A stretch of 64,000 bases of DNA from Centroscyllium fabricii (lineage: Eukaryota): assembly GCA_051313645.2 (NCBI GenBank), contig JBNRSN020000015.1:30628001-30692000 (forward strand), given 5' to 3'. This document shows positions 10,304 to 23,154 of the stretch, one piece after another. The first letter of the stretch is position 1, and every line of letters begins with the position of its first letter. The notes below the pieces were generated by a model. That model made no database searches. It worked only from the letters and a program-made list of their open reading frames with translations, and was not told where the DNA came from. The position numbers were made by a program, and so were the translations under genes.

Positions 10304-13300
10304 CACACGCCCCTGCAGAATCCTCAAACACGTGGTATGTCAACCTCCGAGGAGGGACGATGAGGCGGCCTGAACGGGTGCGATAAGCCGCCTGTGTAGG
10401 AGGCGAGACAGGAGGGCCGTCAACTGGACTGGGAGACCGCGGTGCCGCAGGGGCCGGAGGAGGCGAGGTTGGAGGCAAGGTGGGAAGAGGAGCCGCACCC
10501 GTGGGCGAAAAACCTAAGGGGCCACCCGGGGGCTCGCTGGTGAAAAAGACGGGCTCCTGATTAGGGGCGGGGAAATGATGCTCCTGTGAGGTGGGGTCCA
10601 TATGAGCCAGTTTAAGGCGGTCGATGGACACACAGTCCTGTCGGCCCCCAACCTCAAGGAGGAAAGACTTGTCCCCAGCCTCCCAACACCTGAAAAGGGC
10701 CAGTGTAAGGTGCCTGTAAAGGTGATCTGTGACGCACAAAGACAAATTGAGCCCTGTGGAGCTCGGTAGGAACATGAGACGACTGAGCACCATGCCGAGA
10801 GGTGGGCACAGGGAGGAAACAAAGCGCAGCATCATTGTGCCGGGCGAGTTGTTCCCTGACGGACCAGCGTTCGGTGGTGGAGAAAAATTCCCCAGGGATG
10901 CGTAGGGGCTGTCCAAAAACGAGTTCAGCAGACGAAGTGCCGAGGTCGTCCTTGGGGGCCGACCGCAAGCCAAGCAAGACCCAAGGGAGCCTGTCTAGCC
11001 AATTGGCATCGACCAGGCTAGCTCGGAGTGAGGCCTTGAAGGCGCGGTGAAAGCGTTCGGAAATGCCGTTGGCCTGCAGGTGATACGCAGTGGTGCGGTG
11101 CACCTGCGTGCCCAAGCTGGTGGCAACTGCATTCCAGAGCTGGGAAGTGAATTGCGGGCCCCTGTCGGAAGTAATGTCCGACGGTATGCCAATGCGGGCC
11201 ACCCAAGAAAAAATAAAGGCGCGTGCGACGTCGGCTGCCATGGTGGAAGCGAGAGGGACAACCTCTGCCCACCTCGTGGTGCGGTCTACGACAGTAAGGA
11301 GATGGGTGAAACCCTGCGACGGGGGCAATGGGCCGACCAGGTCAACATGGACACAGGAACATTTTGTACGGGGGCCTTAGTATGTTGATGAACCTTGGCG
11401 CATTGGCAGTCCTGACAAGTGTTGGTCCAGTCTTGCACGTCCTTATGCAAACCAGGCCAGACAAATTTGGCCGACATGAGCTTCTGAGAAGCTCGCCTTC
11501 CAGGGTGCGAGAGGCCGTGGACCAAATCAAAAATCCGTCTACGCCAGGAGGCGGGTACTAAGGGCCTAGGTGTGGGGACGGACACGTCACACAAAAGGGT
11601 CGTGCCCGCGGAGTGAAAATGAACATCAGCCAACTTGAGGCTGGTGGACGTGGAACGAAGAGCTTGTAGTTCCGTGTCCAGTCGCTGGGCATGTGCCATT
11701 TCGGCATAATCCACACCCACGTGTACTGCCTGTAGGGAAGGACGCGAGAGGCAGTCTGTCACAACATCCTTGCCGGACACGTGGTGGATATCAGTTGTGA
11801 ACTCAGAAATTAAGTTCAAGTGACGCTGTTGGCGTCCGGACCAAGGCTCTGCGACCTTGGACATAGCGAAAGTGAGGGGTTTGTGGTCTACATAGGCTGT
11901 AAAAGGACGACCCTCTGAGAGAAAACGAAAATGGTGCACAGCGAGAAAAGGAGCTAGCAGTTCCCTATCGAACATACTATATGAGAGCTTGCTTTTCCTC
12001 AGTTATCGGCTAAAAAAGGCTAGGGGCTGCCAGCCACCGTCAACCCACTGCTGCTGAATGGCGCCTATTGCATAATCTGAGGCATCCGTCATGAGCGACA
12101 GTGGGGCGTCCGGGACGGGGTGTACCAGCAGGGTGGCCTCAGACAGGGCCGACTTGGCCAGGCGAAAAGCCTGGGCCATATCGGCTGACCGCTGTAGGAC
12201 ATCATTTCCGGTCTTACCCCTAGTAGCTTCGTAAAGGGGTCGCATGATGGAGGCTGCCCGGGGAATGGATCTGTGGTAAAAATTAACCATTCCCAGAAAT
12301 TCCTGGAGAGACTTAACTGTCTTAGGCTGGGCAAGTCCGTAACAGCCTGCACCTTGAAGCGCAAGGGAATAGCTCCCGCTGGGGAGATATGATGTCCCAG
12401 AAAGTCGATTTCAGGGAGGCCGAATTGGCATTTTATAGGGTTGACAATTAGGCCATGCTGGGCCAATCTCTGAAAACGAGAGCGCAGGTGTACCACATGT
12501 TGAGACTCGCTCGTGCTTGCAATCAAAATATCGTCAAGATATACAAGCAAATAGTCCAAGTCTCTCCGGACAGAGTCCATCAACCGCTGAAAAGCCTGCG
12601 CTGCATTCTTCAATCGGAAAGGGCATGCGTAAAAACTCGTACAGTCCAAATGGTGTAATTACAGCTGTCTTTTGGATGTCATCCGGGTGGACTGGGACCT
12701 GGTGGTACCCTCGGACGAGGTCGACCTTTGGAAAAAATGGTGGTGCCTGCGAAACGGGCGGAAAAGTCTTGAATATGGGGTACTGAGTACCTGTCTGGTG
12801 TGGTAGCCTCATTGAGGCGCCGGTAGTCCCCACACGGTCGCCAGCCTCCTCCCGGCTTGGGAACAATATGGAGCGGGGATGACCACGGGCTTTTGGAAGG
12901 CCTGATGATGCCTAACTTTTGCATAGCTGAAAATTCTTGTTTGGCTACGGCCAACTTGGTAGGGTCGAGGCGTCTGGCTCGAGTGAAGACCGGTGGGCCG
13001 GTAGTTGAAATATGGTGTAGAACGCCATGTTTGGTCGCCCCGTCGGAGAAATTTGGTTGTGTAATGGTAGGGAATTCGGCCAGCAGGCGTGTGTACTTGT
13101 CGTTGAGCGGCGGAGAGCAGGAGCTCACGAGAGGGCCATCGCTTCTGACAGGGGAGCGAGGTGAATGTAGATGCATCCATCAGGCGCTTGCCGCGGACGT
13201 CGACTAACAGGCCGTGTGCACAGAGGAAGTCCGCTCCCAATAATGGGTGTGCAACATTGGCGATGACAAAGTCCCAGGTAAAGCGTTGTTCGCAACATAA

Positions 13301-14225
13301 TTTCTGCCCGCCTCTTGCCGAACGTGGCGATGGACACGCCGTTGACTGCGATGAGGGGTGGGCCCGTGTGGCCAGACCGTCGATCGGCACGCGTAGCCGG
13401 CAAAATGCTAAGCTGGGCCCCAGTGTCGCAGAGAAATTTTTGATTTGACAAAGAGTTGGTAATGTAAAGTAGGCGACCGACTGTGCCTATGGCATTAGCA
13501 GCAGCTGGTCCCTGGTGACGTTGCTGTTTGGAAGAGTGTGGCTTAGGTTGGCTCCCCATGTTGTCGAAGGCACAAGGTGGTCGACAGCGGTTGGCCTTCG
13601 TGCCGAAGCGCGTGTGATAAAAACAGCTCCGGCTGTGGTTGGGGGCTTCGCGGTGGCGCACGTGGAGGGCACGCATAGACATACCCGGTCCGCTGCGGCT
13701 GCCAGTTCTGCATAGTCATTGCTGCCGCTGCGGCTGCCAGTTCTGCATAGTCATTGCTATTAACATTCGCTAACGCAGATTGCACGGGCTGGGGCAGTAG
13801 GCTGAGGAAGAGTGCCCGGAATAAAGGGCAACCTCTGTGATCGCCCAACAGGGCGAGCATACGGTTCATCAACCGCGTGGGCGTAGAGTCGCCTAGCATC
13901 GGGAGTTCTAGTAGTTGCCGGGCCCGAACGGCCTCAGGTAGGTCGTGGGCCTGCAGTAAACGTCTTTTAAGTGCAGCGTACCTGGCGGCGGGTCCCGCAG
14001 GAGGTCCACGATGTCAGCGGCAATGTGGCTCGGCAGGGCCGCAACGACGAGAAAATATCGATCCTCATCCTCAGCAATGTGCTTGATTCTGAACTGTGCC
14101 TCCGTGTTGAGAAACCAGGTTGCTGCCTGGTGCTCCCAAAAGGTTGGGAGGCTTGCATTCGATGGCCGTTCTTGTTGCCTGGCCGCGGGGCACGCGTTCT
14201 GGGCAGCTGAATCTTCATCTGCCAT
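10304..14225 (-). pseudogene. Frameshifted gag-pol
   Basis: gag LPTFW..WF..EAQF; PR FLCDTGA; [13 protein letters not shown] and YLDDILI; RH TDASDYAIGA; IN HGLSHPG..C..C and TSDRGPQF. Confidence 0.92.
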
Positions 14226-14237
14226 TCGGGGTCACCA
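14226..14237 (-). promoter_or_regulatory. Primer binding site, tRNA-Trp type
   Basis: TGGTGACCCCGA located 2 nt inside the 5' LTR boundary. Confidence 0.85.
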
Positions 14238-14413
14238 ATTGTGGGGAACCAAAGGTTTCCCACTTTTAAATTATAAAGAATTGGAGGGAAACAGCAGAGC
14301 ACACTTCAACAAGTCTTTATTCGACAACATCAACGTAGAACTGAGAGCTAAAGGCGCGAAACGGCAGGAAACCATGTGATCCATGAGTGGCAGCGCTATT
14401 AGCCTGTTAGGGT

Positions 14414-17400
14414 TGTAAGGGGTGGACGCTGCGTGATTTTATACACGCGACTTGGGGTCCTATTGCCTTGCTCTAGCCACCGGCCAGGCCTCGCGCAATA
14501 ATCCTCCCCCGTGAGCGGTTCGACCCGCTCGCCCTTACGATTCTCTACGCTGGACTTAGATGCAGGAAAGAGTGATGCAGAAACTGGACTCGTTGCAAAC
14601 TTGGCTTGAGTAGGAGTTCAAAAATAGATCTTTATTATAGTAGATCACAGGTTTACACATCTCAACCATGGGACACACACGTCCAGTATCAAAGTAATAT
14701 CCAAATATAAACATTTATAGATAAATATACCCGACACACGCAATTATCTTATAAAATGGGGAACACACAACACATCGAAAAGGGGGCCAACACTCTATCA
14801 ATTGCCCTTTAACCACCCTCCCCTCTATCGCCTAATTATGTCCAGGTGTGTAGGATCGGGGAACATGCTCACCACTCGGTTAAACTCGGGGTTCTGCTAC
14901 GAAGTTCGCGTCTCTTCGCTGCTTGGCTGGTCGTCACGTGGCTGTGGAAGATTCGGGAGCCCACTTCAATTCAATTCAATTCAAGTTTTATTGTCATTGC
15001 AGAGTACTAGTACAATACAACGAGACGAAGACTCGACTCTCCCGAGAGTAGTGCAAACAAAATAAATAAATTACATGAAAATTGCATACAGTAAAGTTCA
15101 TTATCAGGCGTGCAGGTACCGGAGTTTCTTTTTAGAGTTCAGGAGGCTGACAGCCCTGGGGAAGAAGCTGTTCTGAAATCTAGTCGTGCGGGTGCAAATT
15201 GCTCTGTAGCGTCTCCCGGAGGGCAGAGGGGCGAACAGACTGTGGCTGGGGTGTGTGGGGTCTTTAATAATGTTCATAGACCTCCGTAAGCAGCGTTTGA
15301 GGTAGATGCTTTCCATTGACGGTAGCTGTGTACCGGTAATTCGTTGGGCAGTTTTGACTACCCGCTGCAGGGTTTTCCGGTCCGAGATAGTGCAATTACC
15401 ATACCAGACAGTGATGCAGCTTGTCAGTATGCTTTCTATTGTGCAGCGGTAGAAGTTGGAGAGGATGCCGGATGACAGCCTGGCTTTCTTCAGCTTCCTA
15501 AGGAAGTACAGGCGCTGTTGGGCCTTCTTAACCAGCGAGGAGGTGTTTAGTGACCAGGAGAGATCTTCCGAGATGTGGACCCCGAGGAACTTGAAGCTGG
15601 ACACCCTTTCCACCTCAGCCCCTTGGATGAAGATGGGGGTGTGTCTTCTGCTTCCAGTCCTCCGGAAGTCCACTATGATCTCCTTGGTTTTCTTGGTGTT
15701 CAGTGCCAGGTTGTTGTCGGCACACCAACCCACAAGGCGCTGGATCTCATCCCTGTAGGCTGACTCGTCGTTGTTGGTGATCTGGCCAACCACCGTGGTG
15801 TCATCCGCGAACTTGATGATCGTGTTGGAGCCATGGACAGCCGCACAGTCGTGAGTGAAGAGGGAGTAGAGGAGGGGGCTGAGCACACAACCTTGTGGGG
15901 CCCCCGTGTTCAGGGTAAGGGGGGGGAGGTGAGGTTGCCTAACTTCACAGACTGTGGTCTGTTGGTTAGGAAGTCCAGGGTCCAGTTGCAGAGGGAGGTG
16001 TTCAGGCCGAGGGTGAGGAGTTTGGTAGACAATTTGCTGGGGACGATGGTGTTGAATGCTGAGCTGTAGTCAATAAACAGCATTCTGATATATGTATCTT
16101 TGCTATCCAGGTGGTTTAGTGCAGAGTGAAGAGCCGTAGTGATAGCATCCTCTGTAGATCTGTTCCCACGGTAGGCAAACTGGTATTGGTCCAGGGTGGC
16201 GGAGATGCTGGCTTTGATGTGGGCCAGGACCAGCCGCTCGAAACACTTCATGATAATGGGTGTAAGTGCAACAGGGCGGTAGTCGTTCAGGCACATCACG
16301 GCCGTTTTCTTGGGCACAGGGATGATGGTGGCGGTTTTGAAGCAGGTAGGGACAGCTGCCTTCGCCTTGTTTACGTCTCCCTCTTGGCGGCGGCTGGGTC
16401 TGCTCGGGCTGGCCCCGGGCGGGTGTCTCAAGGCTTTCTACCTCTCAACACCGAACCGCTGTCTTCCTGGCTGAACCGGGCCCTGTGGTGAGCCGGTCCT
16501 ACCCTCTAAAGCCGATCTGCAACTGGCTGCCTTTCCTGCCGTTTGTCCGAACTATGGGTTCCGTGCCCAATTCTCCAGTGCCTCGTTTAGCTTCTTTGAG
16601 GCTACCCCACTCTCTCAAGACAGTTCTTCCAACCTCTGTTAAATAGCTCTACGAGCTTCTGGTAACTGGCTCTACGAGGGCCTCCAGCACCTTCTGCACT
16701 GTACCTCGGTGCTAGCAACCCACTACCTCTTCTGCGATGGTCACCGCTCAGGCCCAGCTTTACTGTCCTGCGTTCTCCAGTAACTGCTCTTTGCCTAGAG
16801 CAGCACCGTGCCTCGGACGAGGAGAGAAGCTGCACCCTCGCCCACCCTGCACTCGGAGATTGAAACGGGAGCCTCCGAAGAGAGCCCACCAGAGTCACCG
16901 AGCGAGTCGAGTCCCTAGGGTGTGCCTAGGGTAACCCAAAAGCAACTACCTTCCAAGTGTGTTCCTTCAAGAGAGCCCTCCAAGAGTTCCCTCACTGTGC
17001 GAAGAGAAGAGAAGAGTTCCAAGCAAGAGAGCTTTCCAAGAGACTTTCTGTACCAAATGTCTTTTGAGTTATAGTAAGTTACTGTGGGCTTATGTCCCGC
17101 CCAAATCGTTGAATGCTTTGTGCTATTAAACGGTACTAATGTCTCCTTTGTTTAGCCAACCTGTTCGGGATGGCCCGAGAACAGCCTTAACTGCTTGTAA
17201 AAGCGTTTCTATTGTCTGGAAATTATGCAAATGGTCTACCGATGGTGTTGCTGTACAAATCCTGAGTCTGACCATCTGGGTCAGTCAATCGATCTCTGGC
17301 AGTATCGTATTTATTCATTAAAAGATGCTTCTTTAATGTTGGGCTAAACGGGTCCGACAATCGGTTCTGGGGGGGGCTTGTTAGTTCTTTACAAACAAGT

Positions 17401-17706
17401 GTTATTCCTCAGCGCCTCTATGTCTGGGCGCTGGCTGGGTTTCGCGGGCTTTTGCAGGGCTTATGTATTTTCAGGAAAACTATGCATAATGTTTTGTCTT
17501 AGTGGCAGCTAAGTGTATTCCGATGTCTCGAGAGTTCTGGTCGGCTTGTCACGGGGTCTAGCGGCCATCTTTGGGGCCCCTTTCTTTTCTTTTCCTTTCA
17601 ACAAGCCGCAGCCTCTCTGCTCTGTAACCATTTTGTTCAATAAAATGTCCAATTTAAACCGGCTGTCTCCTGTCGTTTCTGAATCGTTAAAATTGCGACC
17701 TTTACA
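14414..17706 (-). mobile_element. ~1.9-kb solo LTR of an unidentified LTR element/ERV, interrupted by Rex1
   Basis: TGTAAGGG...CCTTTACA termini; exact 4-bp TSD GGGT (14410-14413, 17707-17710), single copy in the sister LTR; no recognisable protein; orientation tentative. Confidence 0.72.
14965..16360 (-). mobile_element. 5'-truncated Rex1/Babar LINE
   Basis: [51 protein letters not shown]; one frameshift in a G-run near 15920; (TTGAA)n tail. Confidence 0.93.
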
Positions 17707-19264
17707 GGGTCCGTGACTGTTGATTCCATAGACCAATGGAGCAACGGGGGCGGAGTCAACTTACCAAGAGGATTCTGTCTTAAAGGGAGGCCGGTGTGTC
17801 TCTGGCTTCTGCCTTAAAGGGAGACCGGAGTGCCTCTCTGGGTAGTTACGCTACAATACTTCATGGTCTAAAGGGATTTGGGACATCCTGACATCATGAA
17901 CAGCGCTATATAAATGCAAATGTTCCACTCCCTCACTCACTCTCACACACCTTCTCTCCTTTACATCATGTTCTGCTCACTGTTGATGGCCTGCGAGTGA
18001 CATTTCTGGTTAGAGCAGTGCTAACAAGATGGATGGCTCTTTCCTATCAATAAAAACTTGAAGGTAGTTCAGCAATTTAAAAATGTGGCTTTGCAATTGT
18101 TCTGCAGTGTGGTGTGCCTGACTCCATCGAAGTGCGTTTTTAGGGTTCTATTGATGCAGCACAAATACTTGTCCAGCTAAGTCCTTTGGGGAAAAAAAAC
18201 TATTAAATCATGGCAGAAGTTCAGTCTGTGGGACGTACTGTGTAATCAGATACTAAATGTAGAAGATAACCCAAGACTGGATCACAAGAGTTTTTACAGT
18301 ATAGATTAATTTTTAGTGTTCAACTCCTATTGAAAATACAATTTTTATATAGTTTAAAGAACCAGATCTGAATCATTCAAAAAGAATTTAACCATGACAC
18401 GAGAACCCGCATCTCCCGATTATAAACTCAAAAATCTTCCTTGTTTTTTGAAAAAGAATTATTTTGACTACATAGAGCTCTGAATATAGTTAATGACTCA
18501 TGCAATCTTCCAATGGCTTATCAAAGATTCCCAGACATTTTTTACATGGTTGACATGCTTGCTGGCTGCATCGTCCATGACTGCTAGAATTCCCAAACAC
18601 CCATAATTAGGAATGAAGGACCAAGGAGTAATTGTGAAGTGATTGATATGGTGCGTTGCCATGGGAATACACAAACACACACTATAATAGATCATGGTGA
18701 CCGCCTTCTCTCATTACAAAGGATTCCCTCTTATCAGTTCTCTATGTTCCGACCACCGCGGCAGCTACCAAAGTTGACCATATGGATTATGTTATAGGGT
18801 TGAGCGTTCAGGGGATTTTGACGTGCAGTCTGACACCAGACAGTCTCAGATGATAACCCCTCGAGTTTTGGGAACAGCTTGACTTCACAAGTAATGATCA
18901 CAGAACCTGGCTTGCGCTTGCGATCGCTGCAAAAAGCAAATTGACTAATGATCTGTAAATGGTGTCATTAGATAATTAAATGAATGCTGGCCTTTTTTGA
19001 TTGATTAATGAAGTCAAAGTCATAACTGTTTTGCAAAGTAAAACTTGACATCATGGAAAACATTGCTTTAAAAAAAATAAAAATCTTTGTACGTTCTCTG
19101 TTGCAGTTTGTTGCAAAGCTGACGCTGTCATGATGGGACATTTTGCCATTTAAGGTGGAAGGTCATCTGGGCTATTTCCTATTAAAGTATTAATTTTCTC
19201 ATCTGTGGATCTCCATATCTCACACACCATCCCTGGCAGAGAACTAGATTGAGGGGTTATAACA

Positions 19265-19716
19265 ACAGAAAATGCTGGAAAAACTCAGCAGGCCAGGCAA
19301 CATCTGTAGAGAGAAATATAGAGTCGACGTTTTGGGTTAGGACCCTTTGTCAAGACTAAAGTGAGGAAATGAAACAGGTAGGAAGGCCGGGGGAGCTGAG
19401 AGGGACAAAAGGGAAGAGAAAACAAAAGAGAAGGGAGAGCCAAAGAGAAAAGACATTAAAGGGTATTCAAAATGAGACGAGATGCTGATGGGAAAACAAA
19501 AGAGAAGAGAGAGTACTTTTGTTTTTCCATCAGCATCTCATCTCATTTTGAATACCTTTTAATGTCTTTTCTCGTTGGCTCTCTTCTCTTTTGTTTTCTC
19601 TTCCATTTTGTTCCCTCCCAGCTCCCTCGGCCTTCCTACCTGTTTCATTCCCTTGCTTTAGTCTTAACAAAGGGTCTGAACCCAAAACGTCAACTCTATA
19701 TTTCTCTCCGTGAGAT
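19265..19716. repeat. Fold-back (inverted) pair of Penelope-like terminal repeats
   Basis: ~200-bp arms (about 19301-19503 and 19517-19716) with a short spacer; same terminal sequence as 43196-43280 and 56060-56140. Confidence 0.82.
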
Positions 19717-21089
19717 GGTGGGTATGATGCACTGGGTGAAGATAGGCGAGTGAGATTTAACAAACCTGCAGGTGAGAGGTCTTCCTCTGATTTGGTAAAA
19801 TTGAGGTTGGATAAAGCAATATTGTCGTGGGAGCCCTGTGGTTTTGAGCACGGGGGGCGGGGGTTATGGTTCCTGAGCTCTGGCAGCACTCTGAGTAAAG
19901 GGGTCCTGAGTTGGCACTGTTACAGTGGAGCCTGGTGTTTGAAAGAACTAGGGTAAAGATCCTGAGGTTTGGCAAAATTTGGAATGGGGTGATCTTGGAG
20001 ATAAGTAGCATTGTGGGGTGGGGGCGGTGGAAACGGTCGAGTGGGAAGAATCCTTGAGTTTGATGGCATTGGGAAAGTATTCCTGGAGTTGACAGTACTC
20101 TGGGTGGGAGGGGGCAGTCTTTGGATTTGTTCCTTTTTGGACTAACGTGAAAAAGCAACCAAATGAATACATAAAGAAGGAACGAGCTTGCATATATGGA
20201 CTCTGAACAAAGACAGCATTGCCGCAATTAAAAATACCTTAACATTTGAACCAGAAATTCTAATTTCTGACTGACTTTATCAACAACGTTAATAAAAAGC
20301 ATCCAAGAAGAAGGACTTGCAAATATATTCAGGACCCTGACGTGTAGCTGTACTCTTAGCTCACCCAATGAACTGCCATATTCCTGGCCAGCACCAGGCT
20401 TTATGTTTAAGCACTTCCTGCATGTTTAGTATGATCGTGAAAACACAGAAAGCGAGTAAAAAGCCTAAAGCCTATTCCGAGCTGGCAGGAAAGGATCAGG
20501 TCGAAGGTAAGAAGCGGGAAAGACCATCTTGAAAAATGGGGTGGGGTGTGGAAGAAAGGACTGCTTACAACAGCAGGGGGAGGCATTTGACAACAGGACA
20601 ATTTTAAAAGATCTGAGGCTGGTGGCCCTGTGAGGATTCATTTAGAAGTAATGCGTAAGTGTGTTTAAGCATGAAAGGCAGGCGTGACAAAGTGTGACAG
20701 AAAATCAATTTGATACTTGGAGAACGTGTGTGTTAAAATGTGTACATGATGAAAGATCAGCTGAGGTGATTCAGTTAAATTGATTGCTACATGACATTTA
20801 CAAAAAAATCTGAGAAGCCATTGCTTAATAGCATTCCTCCTCATATCAATCAAATAGGGAAACTTTGTATCATGGACTATGGAGAAAAACCTACTTGTGT
20901 GCTAAATCAGTCAACTCATTCATCCTTCAGTGCTTGTCTTTTGACATCGCTTGGATTATTTTCCATGTACCACTCCATTATTTATTTTATGCTAAACATA
21001 ACTATTGGGACAGAAACTGCAGCCACAAAAAAGTGTGCAAGTCAGTTGCCACTTGTAAGCTTCAATGGGCACATGCCATGGGTTGTTAT

Positions 21090-21500
21090 AGACTAGTTGC
21101 ATAGACTCGGCTTGTATTCCCTGAGTATATTAGATTAAGGGGTGACCTGATTGAGGTGTTAAGACGATTAAAGTTGATAGAAGCTATTTCCTTTGGTGGG
21201 GGATTCCAGAACCAGGGGCATAACCTTAAAATTAGAGCTAAATCATTCAGGGGTGATGTCGGAAGTGCTTCTTCACACAAAGGGTAGTGGAAATCTGGTA
21301 CACTCTCCCCCATAAAGCTGTTGAGGCTGGGTTTAATTGAAAATTTCAAAACAGGGATTGATAGATTTTTGTTAGGTAAGTGCATTAAGGGATATGGAAC
21401 CAAAATGGGTAGATGGAGTTAAGATACATGGAGCAGCCATGGTCTAATCGAATGGCTGAGCAGGCTCGAGGGGTTCGATGACCTACTCCTGTTCCTATAT
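21090..21500 (+). mobile_element. Old CR1 3' fragment
   Basis: Decayed RL.LYSL..RLRGDLIEV..FFTQRVV coding remnant and CR1 tail. Confidence 0.85.
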
Positions 21501-21586
21501 TGTCCCATCACATCCGATCTTGAGTTTGATAAATACATTGACTGCAGTATTTGATATTTTGCAGAAGAACTAAGATGGAGAATTCC

Positions 21587-21680
21587 CCTGATGGTTAGTG
21601 GGTAAATGCACTGCCTAGTGAAGTGCAGAGCCATGCACACCTGGATACTCCGAGGTTCAATTTCCAGTCGCTGCTGATTT
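21587..21680 (+). mobile_element. Ancient tRNA-derived SINE head (LF-SINE-like, tentative)
   Basis: A-box-like TGGTTAGTGG, GAGCCAT, B-box-like GGTTCAATTTCC; resembles 50768-50870. Confidence 0.4.
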
Positions 21681-21689
21681 TTTTTAACT

Positions 21690-22375
21690 CCCCATTTTCA
21701 GATATGATGCATGACATCTGCGCTGGTCATTAAATGCCATCCAGCCTTTACTCAAGTTTTCTCCCATTTATTTAAATTCTATTCCAGTCAGTCTGACGTT
21801 GATGAGTAGGATTCACATTGGTTGCACAATGAGGGGATGAAAGGCCTTCTATAGAGGTAGTTAAGGAAGTTTTCTGTGCAAGCCTGCAAAGCAACGTGGG
21901 GGCGGGGGGGGCGGAGAGCCACCAACACTAAAATTGGACTTCCCTATCTCCCTGTGGCCTTGCTGTGAGGCCAAAGGTGATGGATTCCCCAGCTTTGTTG
22001 CAGAGTGCATCAGATGCCTGATGAGTGCAGGTCCATACTACAGCCTGGCTCATATTATCCCCTGAGATGAGCCTGTGCCATATGGAGTGCGACAGTCATC
22101 TTGGTAGCCACAGAGAGAGCAATGCAGGCAGGTGGGTTTGGCAGCGGGTCCTCCTGCAGATGGCGCTGGAGCTGCCCTATTGCCTTGTTTGGTGAAGCGC
22201 ACTCTTCTTGTGCACATCTCTTCATTAAGGCCATCATATAAGGTGCGTTGCCTGTATATTTCATGGGGCGGGTGATATCCGGTGGGTTGCATCCTCCTTC
22301 AGTGCTGCCTGACTCTCCTTTACTCCAAGTGTCTGCTGCTGCTCCTCCATGATCATGGCATACAAGGGTTCCCAA
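21690..22375 (-). pseudogene. Decayed PIF/Harbinger transposase fragment
   Basis: IYRQRTLY..LNEEMCTRRVRFTK / LQEDPLP..ALSVATKMTVAL / GTGSSQG, collinear with the copy at 37000-38000. Confidence 0.72.
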
Positions 22376-23154
22376 GAAGCCTTCACTGTTTGAGGTGACA
22401 GTCTACTGGTCGTCTCAGGCTGTCAGATGCAGTGAGAAGCAAGTCCTGGTCTGTGTTGGCAGCATGGCCAAAAAAAAAATTGCTGCCCAAAGTTTCTCCC
22501 AGCTGCAGAAGTTCTCCACACTGTTCAGGCGTAGAAAGCCCTCATTTCCACCAGTCTCCGCTGATGCTGGCAGTGTTCACATTGTACAGTTCTCAGCCTA
22601 AGTTACTCGAAGTGCATTGCAAGTGTACCAGCAGGAAACTCGAGGTCGCAATGCCACTGGCCCTCATTATCATATTTAAATGAGGGCAACTGGACTTGCC
22701 AGGCGGGTCGTGGGAAGGGCCATAAACCATGAGGGAATTTGGGGGAGCCACTTGGTAGCGGAAATCAAGTGGAAAAGGCTTTTGACTTCCTGCCGCAAGG
22801 TTATTTACCCCAACTAAGCAACGGAAATACGACGAAAGAAACAAAGGAGCTCACCCACAGCATAAATGCGACAAGGCAGTAAATGTAACAAGATGAAAAT
22901 TCTAGTGAGGGAACCAGAGAACTTCAGTTTTTGGTGTTAGCTTTTTTTTAAATTTGAACTAACTTCAGTATAAAAGTATAATTTTCATTGCTGCATGTGC
23001 TTACAAGCATGTTTATTAGCTTTGCCAATAATTTTGAAGTGACGATGCCCCTTTTAAGTACTGATAAAAGATGAGAGTTTGTTTTAATATTAATATGCAG
23101 TACATCCGGGGTTTGGAAACTGAGGCTAAATCACAATTTGGCAAAAGCCAATTA

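Larger units (their letters stand above)
9982..17855 (-). mobile_element. Full-length decayed Gypsy LTR retrotransposon, CsRN1-like
   Basis: TG..CA LTRs at 9982-10303 and 14240-17855 (interrupted); TSD GTAC/ATAC; gag-PR-RT-RH-IN order; Trp PBS. Confidence 0.93.
9705..17925 (+). mobile_element. DeuSINE (SacSINE1-like) split by the Gypsy insertion (parts 9705-9981 and 17856-17925)
   Basis: Deu-domain (CCCTCTCAGGTGGACGTCAAAGATCCC) and ...GCGCTATATAAATGCAA tail; matches the uninterrupted copy at 49494. Confidence 0.85.

Noticed and set aside
13690-13760. 35-bp tandem duplication in gag
   Set aside because: A simple disabling duplication causing a frameshift; no sign of function.
10800-14400. 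Antisense ORFs over Gypsy and CR1 coding regions (also 52000-55300 and 59300-62700)
   Set aside because: Shadow frames of GC-rich retroelement genes with no independent motifs.
19716-20150. Possible Penelope ORF N-terminal remnant on the - strand
   Set aside because: Similarity is too weak to call by eye.
23071-23154. N-terminal extension of the 205-aa ORF
   Set aside because: Flanking DNA that happens to be in frame with the truncated CR1.
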